From Epiperipatus broadwayi (taxonomy: Eukaryota > Animalia > Onychophora), in assembly GCA_028023455.1 (NCBI GenBank), contig JAQFVV010000008.1:16864001-16928000 (forward strand): a stretch of 64,000 nt of DNA, written 5' to 3'. The notes beneath the pieces were generated by a model that saw nothing but the letters and a program-made list of their open reading frames with translations, had not been told where the DNA came from and made no database searches. A program made the translations under genes and the position numbers. Positions 37,201 to 52,200 of the stretch are shown here, piece by piece. Every line of letters starts with the position of its first letter. The first letter of the stretch is position 1.

Positions 37201-40149
37201 CATTTCCTTGATTGTTATATGTTTATTAGATATATAGATATCAAAAGTACATACAAATATCAAATTATTAAAATTAATTCTTGTTTAATATTTTAAAAAT
37301 GGAAATCATGTACGTACATAGATATATATATATACAAGCGGGTGCGGATTGTATACTAATATTATTATAAATATTATTTTTTGTAATATATTTCATTTTA
37401 TTTTATTATTTTATGTGCAAAAATGCAAGAAAGATGATGCAACATGTTGAAAAGGTCCTAGAAAGCACTTAGCAAATATAAGTGAAAGCAATCCATTAGT
37501 CGAATTAGTTAATATTGCTTTCTTCAATTAAAATTATTTAAATTTAGATTTAAAATCGCTAATGTAAATTTTGTTTGTTCTAGTTATCTATTCAAATCTA
37601 TGTCATAAATTAGAAATAGATTTGAATATATTTTCAAACCTTATCAACTACTTGCATCTTTTTTTAATAAAAGACAAAGGCAGAGTTTGTTTAATTGAAT
37701 TACACAAGGTAAGCCTATATGGACATTGCCTCGAGTAAAACCCTATAAAAGCATTCCTGGAATAATTTGTCAGAATATAAATAGAGCCAAAATTAAAACA
37801 AAAAAACAAAAATTTTGTTTTAAAGAGGAGTCGCCAACTTACTCCACACCACTGAGAATTGTAATATGATGCTTGAGTAGAGGAAATCAAACCATCCTTT
37901 CCCGATCTTTCCAAGGTCATTTCCTCACCAGAATGCCATTCAACTACCAGCCATCAATGAACTGCCCAAAATTATAAGTGAAATAGTGAGACCTGAAGAA
38001 AGCTATCTGCCATCAGATAAAGTAACTCATACCCATGGATTTCAGCAATTATCACACACAAGCATGGACCCATCAAGTCATCAAATTCCCAAAACACCGA
38101 AAGGTAATCAATAACTGCCACCACTAAAGACTTTATAATGCATTGAATTAGTTTGTAAATTTAATATTCAAATTATATTCCACCTTAGCTTATGTCTCTT
38201 TGTTCTAATATAATCGAGCATGGCATAAAGCCAGTGATCCGTCATATAATCTAATCTATGTTAGCGATTCTATAATCTAATTATAGTCAGTATGTATTTT
38301 TATGCTCTATTTTATTCTCATACTTTGGTGCAGTAAACTTATTAATTATTATTAGTATTTTATACGTTATATTTTACTCAAACTTAAATTAATATGCCAA
38401 TCAAACTCAATCTCGTGTGCCCATCTGCCAATCTCCATAGAGTAAAACCCCTTTTCTTTTGTCAGGGTTATTAATGTTTTAGCCATTTTATTAATTGTAA
38501 ATGCTTATGCCCACCAGGTTGAGTGATATTTAAATAATGTATATATTTTTCTGAAATTTTGATTTATTTATTGGTAGAATGCAATGAATCTACTATCTCA
38601 CTCAGTAGGGTGAAATTAATGTTTTTTATTTTATTTTATTAATGCTACCAAATGACCTACTTGTTTTCTTGTCATTTCAATGATTGAATGATTGGCATCC
38701 GAGTAGTTTATAGTTCAAGTCATGTCCTCATAAAGCATACTTGGTCAAATATACTTATAACCTAATAAATTAATGTAGGATTTGTTGTTTTGTCAGATGT
38801 TATGAAAAAGGGGAAGGGGATTATTTAAAGTCAGAATTGTTTTATGTTATTTATCAATTAATATATATAATTCCAGCTTAACATAGGCTTAGAAATTAAA
38901 TAATATCATTGCGATAAATATCAAATTATTACAGGCGGTAAATTATATTAATGTCATTAGTGGTGTCCTTTTTATTGCTGCATTACTGGCATAGGTTAGT
39001 TTTCCTAAAGTTCGGATGCTTCTCAGATGGGATATTCAGAAATCCAAACTCATTTTATATATATTTCACTTCCAAGAATGGGTAGTCGCGCTACTCTGGA
39101 ATCTTTAATTAGTGTATGGTATGCTCTGCATCGGAATGATCCCAGAATGCCCAGCCCATCACAACATCCTACCTGCTCCTCATTTAAAAACTGCTCTGAA
39201 TGAATGGAAGGTCTTAATCCATGTTTTCTCTGCCTTGTTGAAGTACTATCTCATATAAAAGAAGAGTCAAACTCATTGCTGCCATCATGTCAGTACCGCT
39301 ATTTCTTATAAGTTTAACTATATGCCTATGTGATATTGTTATGTAATGCTGTGATAACTATAAATCTGTACTTTGCCTAAGTATATGAAAATTTCTTGAT
39401 CTTAAAGACTCTCGCTCACATTTTTGAGCCTCACTTTCTATCTATAAGTGAATCCCACATGCCTAAATATTTCATAATGATTATCTTAAAATAAATATTC
39501 TAACCAAGAGATGATATTAATCTAACTCATCTTTTTTGTAAAATGTGTATTATTCTAGTCTTTATAGCTATAAATGTAAATGCGATAAATCACAGTGATA
39601 CTTTCATGACCATATAAGCATGAAAGCACTAATAATAAAATGTAATTAATTGAGGTTGTATCAATGTATTAAATCAGTTATCAATTACTCATATATATAT
39701 ATAAATAGCATTAATACAGTTTTAGTATAAAATATTTATAAACCAGTAATTGGCATATTAACATTGCACCAGAGTTACTGCGCATCCTAAAATATATATA
39801 TTAATTCAAAAAAGTATATTTTCACCTTGAGCATCTGTAGTCCAATACTTTGAAGTTAAGGTTTTGATTATAGATATACACTCCATCCACACATGTAACT
39901 TATATATATATGTAACCGTTTATTATTTTATTACATTGTATATTTTAACTTATCCTTTTGCATTCGAATCATATTATCCACTTCAGATCCCATAATTTAC
40001 TGATCATAATTTCTATCATTGCTGGACAGGGTTTAAACCCAAGTTTCAAATAGAGATAAATTTAGTATTTGTTAGCTAGCCATTTTGTAGCCATAATTAT
40101 GCTAGTAGTCCGTACAACCTTTTTTCTTAATTCATGCCATTACATCACC

Positions 40150-41496
40150 AACTGTTTAGAGTTCTTATGTTTCTCCATTGTGTTTCCAGACCAGGAATTG
40201 AATAAATTCATCTGTATCACTGGAATGTTGTTCATAATGTTATAGATTTGGGGAATGGGCAAATAGATTAGAATTCATGATTGCTCCTGACCTGTGTATC
40301 TCGGGCATTATTGGATTCGAGGTACTTTTGCTCACGGATTCTAAGCCTTGTTGGATGAACATTACAACTCCGACTGGTACAAAGCTGATGCAAAATTTGA
40401 GAAGGTTCTAGAAGGCAATTAAAGTAATGTAGGTTTTGTGAACAATATAGCAATCAATCCGTTAGCAAAATTTAACAAAATCACTTTATTCAATTAATTT
40501 TAGTTACAAACAATTAAATGGAAATTATATTTATTCTAATCTGTTTCTAAACTAGAAATATATTTGAACAATACCTTTGAGATATTGTTTTCTATGTAAA
40601 GACAATGCCATATTTCCTGCTGATAGAAATCGCATGAGATAAGTTGGTATCCACATTGCCTTGGGTGATTTTCTAAAAGCATTCCTAACATAATGTAACT
40701 GAGTACAAATAGAGCTAAATTCAACACAGGAAGCAATTATGGTTCTTTTCTAAACATTAATTATTTATTTGTCTCAATTCTAAGATAACATGAATATTGT
40801 TAAATTATTATGTGAAAGTTTGTTTAATATTGGCATATTAAAAACCACACTATATTAATTGTGCATTTATATATGGATCAGTTGCGACACTAACCTTGTT
40901 TCATTATCATATCCCCCTAACAATAAATTATATAATTATAAATGAGCAATTGAACATATTTTGCGTGAATCTATAAGTATAATATAGATGCAGTTATTAA
41001 AGTTTATATATTAAATTATTCAATTGTTTGAATCATTATTTAAGTTAATCTCTAGTTTTATACATGATATTTGGATGTATTAAGAATATGCTATGCCTGT
41101 GTTACCTAAGATCATGTTCATCATATGTAGCTCTATCTTACTATATTGTCTGCTGGTTTATCTCACTTTACCCATCCCTCAATTATTCTATTACTCAATC
41201 TGCACATCCTTAGGTATTATTCAGCTATTAGTGTGTATCATTCTTTTATTATTTAGCTAGTTAATCATCAATAGCCTTAAGATATGTCTCTCCACTGTGT
41301 CTCCGGGACTGGAATGAATTAAATTTATTTATATCATCAGAGATGTTATTCATAGTGTTATAGATTTGGAGCATGGGAAAATAGGTTAGAATTCATGATT
41401 GCTCCTGACCTGTGTATCTTGTGTATGTCTGGATTTGAGGCACTTTTGCTCAGATTCTGGGTCTTGTTAAATAAACATATAAATCTGACTGGTACA
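40150..41496 (-). repeat. Two old direct-repeat LTR-like copies (40150-40381, 41290-41496) of the TGTACC(A/G)G family
   Basis: Shared TTAGAATTCATGATTGCTCCTGACCTGTGTATCT block; both end CTGGTACA; homologous to 19623-19770. Confidence 0.6.
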
Positions 41497-41539
41497 ATAT
41501 TAAGTGAGATATTGTCAGACTTTGTGGAGTTAGAATAAA

Positions 41540-44100
41540 AGTTGAAGAGTCAATTGATTAAAAAGTGGAAGAATAACATGGTGAAGATTGATGGTAATTA
41601 ACCAAAATGGCAAGATTAGTTATTCAAATTAATAGATGATATCAAATGCAGATAATTTGGATTTATAGCTATCAAATTCTCATTGTAATAAAGAACTACT
41701 GGATTTTTATATAGATGTACAAGATGCTTTTAATAAATCCAAAAAAAAAAAAACATTTTAAGATTGTCATAGGAGATTTTAATGCTAAAATCAGTAAATA
41801 AATGAAACATAAAAATACTGTGGGTACATTTAATTATGGTAATATAAATAAATAAATAATCAAATGAGTTTATTGTTTAAGAGTTCATAAGAACTTTGAA
41901 TGCCTTCATGTTTCAGTATCTGGCACTCTACCACTACCCAAATAAGAGAAAACATGGACTTATGGAGTTTTCAGGAAAAGAACAAATTATGCATTATAAA
42001 TTCCTTATTTGAGAAAAATGCTAAATGAAAATAGACATGAAAATACAATGGAATTGAATTAGATTCTGACATAAAAAATATGTATTTTAAGATTGTAATG
42101 TTCTTAAGAAATTCAACCCAGGAAATGATTATTGATTATATAAATTAATGTAAAGCTTGAGTGATGAAAACTATTAAGAAAGACAGCGTTAACATTGATT
42201 TTCTTAACTATCAGAAACACTCCAACAAAATTTAATTAGAACTTGCAAAGTATTTTAAAATATTAATATACTTTAAAGATGACTCAGCCTTAACCCAAAT
42301 CAATAAGAAGATAACTGATAGTCTATTAAAAATTTCAAGAAAATTAGCTGATAAAGAAATAGTAACAAGGCTGTATAAGATGAAAAGAAGGAATATATAT
42401 ATATATTTAAAGTGATTCATTAAGAATTTAATATCTGGAGTTTTGTAAAATGGCATGAAAAATAATTATTAATATATGAAAATGTAATTGTGAATTGGCA
42501 AGAAAAATTATAGAAAAAAATAAGTCTCAAAAGTGTAAAATAATATCTTGATATTAGAAAGAAATTGTTATTGAAATGAAAAGAAATTATGGGACTATTA
42601 CTAAACGAGAGATGACATGTAAAATATGTGGATAAGTTCTATGAAGAATTACATAGTAATAAAGAATAAGAAAACAAAGAGCCCCAATGAATTGACCAGC
42701 ATTTGAAGTTAATAAGTAACACATGCAATTAAATCTATGAAAAAAATAATAATTTAAAAGAAGTTGGTGAAGAAACCGAACAATTATTGGCAAAATTATA
42801 TATTAAATATGCCAGATGATTGGAAGAATATAGTAATAACATTTAAGAAAGATGATAAAGAAAATACTAAAAAATGCAGAACTATCAGTCTTCTGACAGT
42901 CTTGTACAAAATCATCACTAAAATAATTACAACTCAGCTACAGTGATCTTTGGATTCTAGCCAAAAAACCAGCTAGATTTAAAAGTTGTTTTAGTATAGT
43001 GAATCACATCCAACTAGTAAGAGAAGTTACAGAAAGGACCAATGAATGTGAATTATGCTTTGGATTTATATATCATGAAAAGGCATTTGATTCTTTAAGC
43101 ATTTCTATGATGATTAAAGCATTGGATCATCAAAATATAGATCCAAGATATTCTGAAAAATATCAAAAATTCAATATTAATGATTAGATTATATAGTGAT
43201 TCTAAGAAGATTAACACTGAGAAGAGTGCATGAGAGGATGATTCCATATTTTAAAAAAATTTTAGAGCAGTTTTTAAGAAGTGTTTTGTGGATTAACAAA
43301 ATGGGAAGGTAATGGACTAAAAGTAGATTTTGCAGATGATGTAGTTGTTTTTGAAAATAAATGCTTCAGGCTTTTATGAAATGTTACAAGAATTATTAGA
43401 TGAGAGTAAAAAATTAGGACTTAAAAAATAAATGCTAAAAAGATTAATATAATGTTCAATGGATTTTTTTCAGGAAAAAAAAAAGATTGGTAGTGATGAA
43501 TTAGAAAAAGTTAACAACTTCAATACTTAATCAAATTATTCGTATAAATGGTAACTTGATAGATGGAGGGCTTTTGATAGAAATAATTTAACATGAGGGC
43601 TTTTGATAGAAATAATTTAACATTAAAAGGAAATATGCATATATGTTTGAAAGGAAAGTTTTTAAAATAAGTGTATTTTATTGGTTGTTATTTATGGATC
43701 TAAAACATGGACACTGAACAGAAGAGCAATACAGATATGTCAGTTTACTTAATGAAATATGAAGATATGTATGCTAGGAGTAACAAGAAGAGATCAAAAA
43801 CAAAATACATAAATGAGAGAATAAAGAACTGACACTGTTATCATTGAAAGAATTAAGAAGCTGAAATGAAGCTGGACTGTACATATTGTTAGAAGAGGTG
43901 ATAATAAATGGACAGTTGAAGTTTTAAACTGAATTCCAAGAGATTGTAAAATACTTAGAAAGAGATCATATATGAAATAGTTAGGTTGAATAAGAAAGTT
44001 TGCTCATGTGTTGAAGAAAAGAGGCTAGGGTTTGAAGAAATGATTAAATTTGGAGAAACTTTCATCCTGCAGTGGATCAGTAATTTAAAATGATTATGAT
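41540..44100 (+). mobile_element. Highly degenerate RTE-clade LINE
   Basis: Colinear with 25850-28410: IVIGDFNA-like, RTISLLTVLYKIITKIIT, HEKAFDS, DFADD (43327-43340) and 3' end CATCCTGCAGTGGAT at ~44062-44077. Confidence 0.85.
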
Positions 44101-44281
44101 ATTCAATGAAATAAACTGTACATTCTTCTTAATTTTATTAGTGCTTTTTATTAAGATGCTTTTGATTGCTTCAGCTATTTATCATTCTTTTTCAGAGCTA
44201 TAAAGTATAATTGTATTATATATTTTTTGTTTTTGTATTTATACAAGCACATAGTAATCTTATTTCATATTTGTTATATAT

Positions 44282-46210
44282 TGTACCGGTCCACCCATTC
44301 CACCCTTTACAGTCTTATAAATCTTTCGACTTACATACACACCAAGCATGAAAGTGACCTATGTAATGAAGTGAAATAACGATAATAATCCCTCTGCGAT
44401 ATCAATGGTTAAATATGAAAAGCAAATATCCCAAGAAAATTATTAGAGGAAGGAGATATAACCTAAAAAAAATGAGATCAATCAGAACCTTTCCTGTTAC
44501 ATCATCCCACACCAGTCCGATTAATTAACGGTGGTCACTCTTTTAATTTACACACCTTTAAAAGTACTAAAATATTTTTATTTAGCCTTTAGTGCCACCC
44601 CCGACAAAGATATTTATTGTTGACTCTTCCTTTTCCTTCCCAAGAGAGTGGCGAATAAAATGATCATAGTTATATATCATAAGAAAAAAAAATTAAATAT
44701 ATTCGGACATAAAATGTGAGACAATATAACCCCCCGGTAAGTTATCCCTATTTAGCTCATAATTCATTTTCCCGATCTCAGGTTAATGATTGGTTCGACC
44801 CGTTTACTTGATATAATTCTGGTTATGTGCTAATGATTGAATAAGTAATTTGAACTAAGCAAATAAGAGTGGCAAACCATTTTTTAATAAGAAAAAATTT
44901 ACTCTTTATTATAACTTTTAAATGTTTTATCAGGTTAAAGATTTTATATAATTAAAGAAAAAATATAATACTTAGATTAAAGATCTATTTACAAAAAAGA
45001 TTTACACAAAGAAAATGTCATTTTAAAAATAATTGCATAATGGGCGTGATCTATACCCCTTTCCCCACTTGAAAATAATAGTTTAAGAAACAAATGGATG
45101 TAATAAATTTCCCTACGAAGAAACATAATTTATATAGGTATTAAATCCATTAAAAAAAAAATAATACACTAGTTTACATGCATGTGTACTGATTACCTCT
45201 AAGATCAATAAATTATTAATATTTTTACGCATCTTTATGTTTGGTGCTTAAATATTTATACATGAGACGCATCTATGTTTATTTATTTTAAACATATAAG
45301 ATGTTGCCTACTAAAAAATAATATGGCTAAGAATATTCTACGTAAGATATCGTCATAGTAAAGGATTATGAGGTAGAGATTCTCCACATAGGAAATCTAA
45401 ATGAAACATGCATTCAACTATTATATAATATAAGTGATATGAAGATTACATAAAAGATTATAGTTACGAGTATATAAGAGAAACATATTACTGAGTTATA
45501 GAATAAATAATAAATAAAAAAATGAATAAATAAATATCAAGAGATCTAAACTTATCTGTATTTACAACTGTTATAAAGTTTGACTTCGAGCAGACCTCAC
45601 AAGCTACTCCATAAGCGGACAGGGCTTCCTTCTCCATTACACGTATCAAAGAGTCCTTGATATCAGGTCTTGGGTGGCTTCTTTTAAGACATTGTAGGGC
45701 TTCAGGGATGAACTGGCGGTGTACTGCTGCTGGTGACCTACTCCATAGTTTTTTTGTATGCTGGAACAACTGTAATGGCCATCTCTATTAGGTACTTGTT
45801 TGAAGATTTATAGTTGTACTTCTTGTCAGTAGATAGGTTTTAATACGACTGATTTTATTACCACTTTCATGCCTTTCTTCTTTTTTTTTTTATTCAGCTT
45901 TCTTTAAATTTCTTTACGATAATATATTGGATATGGTTGAGTTTCAAAATTCATTTTGATTACTAGGCATTTCTTCATGGTGATATAATATCAGATCTTA
46001 CTACTTCTTTAGACTGTTCATAAGCAACTTTGATTTTCTCCCAAAATCTACAGTCTGCCTGCTTGGATTGGTCATGAGTGATTTTTAGTTTTTCTTTTTT
46101 TTCAAAGTCTACAATCTGCCTATTTGGACTACTCAGGAACGACTGACTTTTCCCACCTAAATAGCACATATGGTCCCCTTTCAGCCAATTAAACTACCCC
46201 CCTACGAACT
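44282..46210 (-). mobile_element. Decayed LTR-retrotransposon 3' portion (integrase C-terminus-like remnant, PPT, LTR 44282-~45052)
   Basis: LTR end CCGGTACA (minus) at 44282; PPT AAGTGGGGAAAGGGG at ~45056-45070; a GC-richer coding-like tract at 45480-46210 with broken ORFs. The protein assignment is weak. Confidence 0.45.
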
Positions 46211-49200
46211 ATTGCATCAGCCTATAATAATTTAAAATATACTTTATACATTCCTTAATTTTATTTATTACAAAGTATACCTTTTTAATCATGGAAATTA
46301 TACAGTTTCCATCTTAATTAATTAGAGCACCCATTATGCTTCATTACATTAGAAAAAAATCAACTTTTAATTTTTTATCTTTAAAACAGATCAAAAGAAC
46401 ACATTTTCTTTTACCACAAAACATTTCTTTCCCTCTTTTGTTCTTTATATATAAAAATAAATAAATCCCAGTTTACCAAAACTTTTTTTTATAATTACCA
46501 AAAACAAAATCCATTATAATGAAAATATAAAATTTGACATTATATTTTTTTTTTTTAAAAAAAAGAAAGAAAAACATTTATCTAAAAATATCAAAAAAAA
46601 AAAAAAAAACACTTCTGGATACGTATATCGGAATATTACAAATAAAACAAAAATGTTCCCAATGTAAACTAAAGTCATTACCAACTTAAAACTATTCTTT
46701 ATGTAGTTTTTTTTTTTTATAAGATATCGTTAATAATACAACACATACACTTGTACTTTGTGTGAAATGGGAATATAGTATAGACCAAACCCAGTTATTT
46801 ACTTCACATATATGTGTTTTAATTACGATCTATCACAATATATTTATGTTATTGTTTTATAACCTTTTTACTCTTTTAAATATTCTATGAATTTTCTTTA
46901 TTTATTTATAATTTATATCATGTTTGTGTATTGAGTTGCAATGCAAAATCCAAATCTTATTAACCAACTATATATATAAAATAAAATGAATATTAATTTA
47001 TTAAAATTTGTTAATATAATCATTTAAATAATGAATACAAAATTTATTAAATTAATAATTTTTAAAAACCTTTTAAAGTTAAATTTAAATATGAATATTT
47101 TAATTAATATTATTTTCTAGAATAATAATATTATATGATATTTATAAATAATTATTATTTTTATTTATCCTCTTTCAGTATATAAAAATATACAAAATTT
47201 TATTTCTTTTATTGCTTTTCAAACTTAATTCAGTTTTAAAAATATTAATGTTTAAAATATAGAATTTCTTTTTTTTTAAAAAAATTGTTTATTATTGAAC
47301 TAATATTGTATATTTTTTATATATTAGATCCACATATCAATGTTTTGATTATTTAATATAATCATTACCAAGGTACACATTACAAAGATATTTAGAAATT
47401 TGTCTGAAAAACAAAAAAAACAAACAAACAAATACCACATATATATATATACACAATACAAAATAATACAAATAAATATATTTTTCAAAACTGAATTCTT
47501 TGCATTTTAAATTTTTAAAAATTGTTAACAATCCAAAGTAAACTTATAAGACATTATTTTCCAAAAACTAAAACTTGTTTTCATAATTACATTTTATCTC
47601 ATTTTTAAATCTATTTTATTTAATTTTTATTTTCTATCTTAATGAAGTTCTATTTAAATTCAAATGAAAATTAATTCTTAAATAGCAAGAGAACTTTTCT
47701 AATTAAACACAACTTCTATTAAAATTAATTAAAAGTAAATTTAAAAATAAGATAAGGTATATTAAAAATAAGTTATATAAATTTTATGTTAAATTTGTGA
47801 AATAATATTTTGTAAGATAGATTTGATTTATAATGTTAAGAGTTATCTGACTAATTAAAAAATTAAGTTGAAAAACACTTTTGTAAATAGTTTTCTTATA
47901 TACATAAGATGTGACTTGTTTATTTATTTTTTTGTTTTTATTTCTGAATTTTGGACTAATTTTTGAAATATCTTTTTAATTTATGCCTTGATAAAAATTA
48001 ATAATAAAAAATGTTAGTATATACAAAAATTGTTTATATTAAAATATAAGTAATAACGTTTTTTAAAAGAGTGCTTATTTAAGTATTATATTTAAATAAT
48101 TATTAATTGTTAATTATAATTTTGTGGCCACAATTATTTTTTATTTTAGGTTTTTATTAATTAAATATTTTTTGATTAGATTTGTGTTTATGTTGATCAT
48201 TGTCTACATATTATTTCATAAATGCCATTTATATTAATTTTGTTATTATATTTAAATGTTTATTTGCAGTGTTTATGTTACTATTACTATATTTATTTTA
48301 TTAGTAAAATTATTTATTTTTAGAAATTTTATTATCATTTGTCTTTACTTTTATGTATTTTCTTTTTTTTTCTTTTAATGTGTTATTAATTTTGTTTTTC
48401 TAATTTTTTTATAATATTGGTTTTAATTTATTTTAACTTTTTATTTTAAATTCTTATTTTTTTTATTACTCCTTCAAATATATATATATTAGTATTTGAG
48501 CAACAATTTATAGCTTTATATAATTTTGTACCCAAATTTTTAATTCAAATTTTATATGAATCATAGATTAAAAGTTAGTTATGAAGAATACTACTAGGTT
48601 GTAAAACTGTATGAAATAATAATAATAATAAAAGACATTATATATGAAAAAAGTGCAAAAAATAAAAAAAAAAAAATTTTAGAAAAAAAGATTAGCCTTG
48701 TAATTTCAGACATAACAATCCTAAGCCTTAACATACATAATTATGAAAATAGATGTAATTAATTAATAATTACTTCACTAGTAAATTAATTCTAAAAAAT
48801 AATTTACTTAAAAATTTAACAATAAATATTGTACACAGTAAAAAGATATAACTATGGGCAACAAAATGACACGAAATTGTATTAATATATTTTTAATATA
48901 ATTAGAAACTTTAATAATCAAATAAATACAAACTATATACAAATATCATATCTATCAATGATATAACTTTATCTGGCTTTAGTCATTATGAAATATAGTA
49001 AAATTTGCAAATTTTTTATAACTATTTTATTGCAATATTTAATTCATTATGAATTATGCTATATCATAAATTGTTTGTAAGTTAGAGCAGTTGATACTTT
49101 TTGTAAATTTTTAAATCATCGGTGAAACAAAGATATTTACATTTTGATGGCTTTTATGAAAAGCATGTAAATAGATAATTTTTTCAGGAACACAATTTGA

Positions 49201-52200
49201 ATTAGTTGCTACATTAACCATGGAGATTAAATTCTATTTACCAACAATTTTTCTAAATATTTACTAATAAATAACAAAAAATAAAAGTAAATAAGCTTTA
49301 TTAAGAAAGATTGTTAAACAATAATGAAAAAATGAAAAATTAATAATCAGTTTCGATAAGTAGATTAGCAAATGTTTTTTTTTTTTTTTTTAAAGCCACT
49401 TTTAGTTTTGCCTTTTTTTTATTGCATTTTGTTTTAGAACATCTGATTTAAAAAATTCAAATTCTTGCCAAAATAGATACCTCAGTCAGTTGTTATTTTT
49501 GCATTAGTGAAAGATGTTTGACCCATGGCAACAGCATTCTGTATCAATAAATTTGTTTTTATTATACAAATAACTTTTATTGGAAAATATGCACTTTTAT
49601 ATGTTAGACAAATAGTATAATTCTGTTGATTCAATATAAAATATATAAATAATATTTTGGAATGAGAAAAAATAGTCTACACTCATTTTACAAACTATAG
49701 ACATGACATAAAATACAAAAATTAAGATATTCATTTCACTTTCCCAAATTATTCTATCTAATTCAAAAGTAATTGTATTAGAGAATAATTTTACTAATAA
49801 CAAATATAGAAAAAAAAATATATGCAAATTCTGACTAATCTTTTAATTAAATAAAAACAATAACATAATTTCTACATGACAATACATTCATTATATTAAG
49901 CAATTTAGCTTATTGCCATCCTTTACAAAAAAACACACGTTAATACGTATTTGCATACACACTTTTTAGCATAAATTTTTATAAAAATGGTGAGAAAAAA
50001 CAATTACTGTACTTTGTGTGGTTTTTATTTAACTGCATTATAATTTTATTCATTAATAGATGAACTCACACATATTTCATGTAATAATATTTAAATGAAC
50101 TCCATATCATAAGAATAATTTACAAATCAAACTAGATTTATTGAAATGACTCTAAAAAGTTTGATTTGTAAATTATTCTTATGGTATATGCATTTGAAGT
50201 TTATTAATTCACAAACATTTGTTATATAATCTCAATGTTGAATATTTAATAGCCTGTGTTTATCTATAAAGTAGGAATTTATATCTTTATTGGTATCTGA
50301 AACTGTGAGCTGGCTTGATCAGGACTCTACAAAAATCACCGTTAATATAACATTTCACTCTTTTAATCGATGATCGATTTACTATCTGTATAATAACATA
50401 GAAATAAATAAAAGTGGGCCATTTTTGTCTGACTGGTAAATAAATTTTTTTATGAGATAGAGCATTATTTGCTAGTTTATTAATATAACTCTAGAAAGCC
50501 TAATCTGTAAATTATTCTTATGGTATGAGTATTTGTAGGTTATTATTTTGTAATCTTATATTCTCAGCACTACATATTGAATAGCCATTATTTATTTATG
50601 GGGTTATTAAAATTATTAGAAAATTTCCTGTATTAAATTACATGCACGGATATTAAATACATTTGCATTAACTTTATCTATTATAACAATCAAATTATTC
50701 TCTGAAATAAATTTATTTTTGATGATAATTCTTAATAAAGAAATATAAATATAAATGATAGAATAATTTTTTCAATCTATAACATTTGTTTATAAGTTAT
50801 TATGCAAGGTACAAATTTTGCATATAATAAAACATATTATAATGTGCATTTTTAATATCCAGTCACCCATAAATATAGTGGTGAATACATATTGTATATA
50901 CATGTTGAAAACATTTTAAATGCATACAAACACCCTCATATGTATATATAGTTGTGTATATTTGCTTCACATGAACAATAAATTTAGAAATTAAAATGTA
51001 GAAAATTATTATTATTATTTTTTTTTTAAATCACTAATGTAGAAATCACACATATGAAGGAAGACTGTGCCATTTGCATGACCCTCTACACTACTTGATG
51101 GAGCTGTAAACTATTTAACATTGAGAAAAAGAAAAAATAATGGATAAAAAATAAAATGTCTGAGAAGACGGCATTTTTTCAAACTTAAAAAGTGATCCCC
51201 ACCCCAATCAAAAAATGAAAATCAAACAGCAATGTAATATGTAAAATAATACTATTTATTCAGCAAACAAACATGCATTTAATATATTTTCATAATAGAC
51301 AATGTATTTTTCTACACAAAACTGGGGAAAAAAAAAGTGAAGAAAAAGTAATATATTTGAAATCATGAAAATAATATTATTTATTTAGAAAACAAAATAT
51401 AATTAATACAATTTCATAATATTTAATGCATAAAAAATATAATACTTTCAAAAATGAGAGAAAATTATTTATTTTGTAAAGAAATCTAGTATCTTAAGGA
51501 AACGTTATACAGAAAAGTATCACTGGGAAACCCAATGAATAGATTTTTTCACTGTTTATCATTAAGCAATAGAATTCTTTTAATTACACTTTAAGATAAA
51601 TTTTACAAGTGATTAAAAGTATTACCTTCAGATTTAAAATAAATGAAGCGTAAACCAAATCAATCATTATAACCAGTTTTCATCCAGTTTCACATCATGG
51701 AAATAATGATCATCAAAATTTAGACACATTTTTTTTATTAAATGAATGTTTTTGCATTTCTTTGGACTAATGTAAATAATTTTTCCTATTTTATAAATTT
51801 AAAATGGTTTATGTATTTATTTATTTTCTACTTTAGTTTTTATTGTCTTTAAATAATAATAATCTAGGCCTATATTCGGTTAATTTGAACTAACATTTTT
51901 GTAAGTATAATTAATTTTGCCAAAAATATTAGTTTAGATTTTAATTTCTTATGGATTTTTTGCACAATTATATTAAATTGTGATTGCAATTATCATTAAT
52001 TTAATTTCTTTTCAAATGTTTGTTTTCTAAATATATTTTTAATATTTTAATATATTATTTATTTGATTTTTTATTACTATATTATAAAGAATATAGATTT
52101 TAAACATCTAATTTATACAATTATTCAAATATTCACTTTAAAATAAACTGTAAGGAGAACTTGACGATTTGCATTTGATATTAAAAATTATTAATGCAAA

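Noticed and set aside
37800-39300. GC-richer patches with a TGGCGACTCC PBS-like motif
   Set aside because: No paired LTRs, PPT or protein motifs could be established; probably old TE debris.
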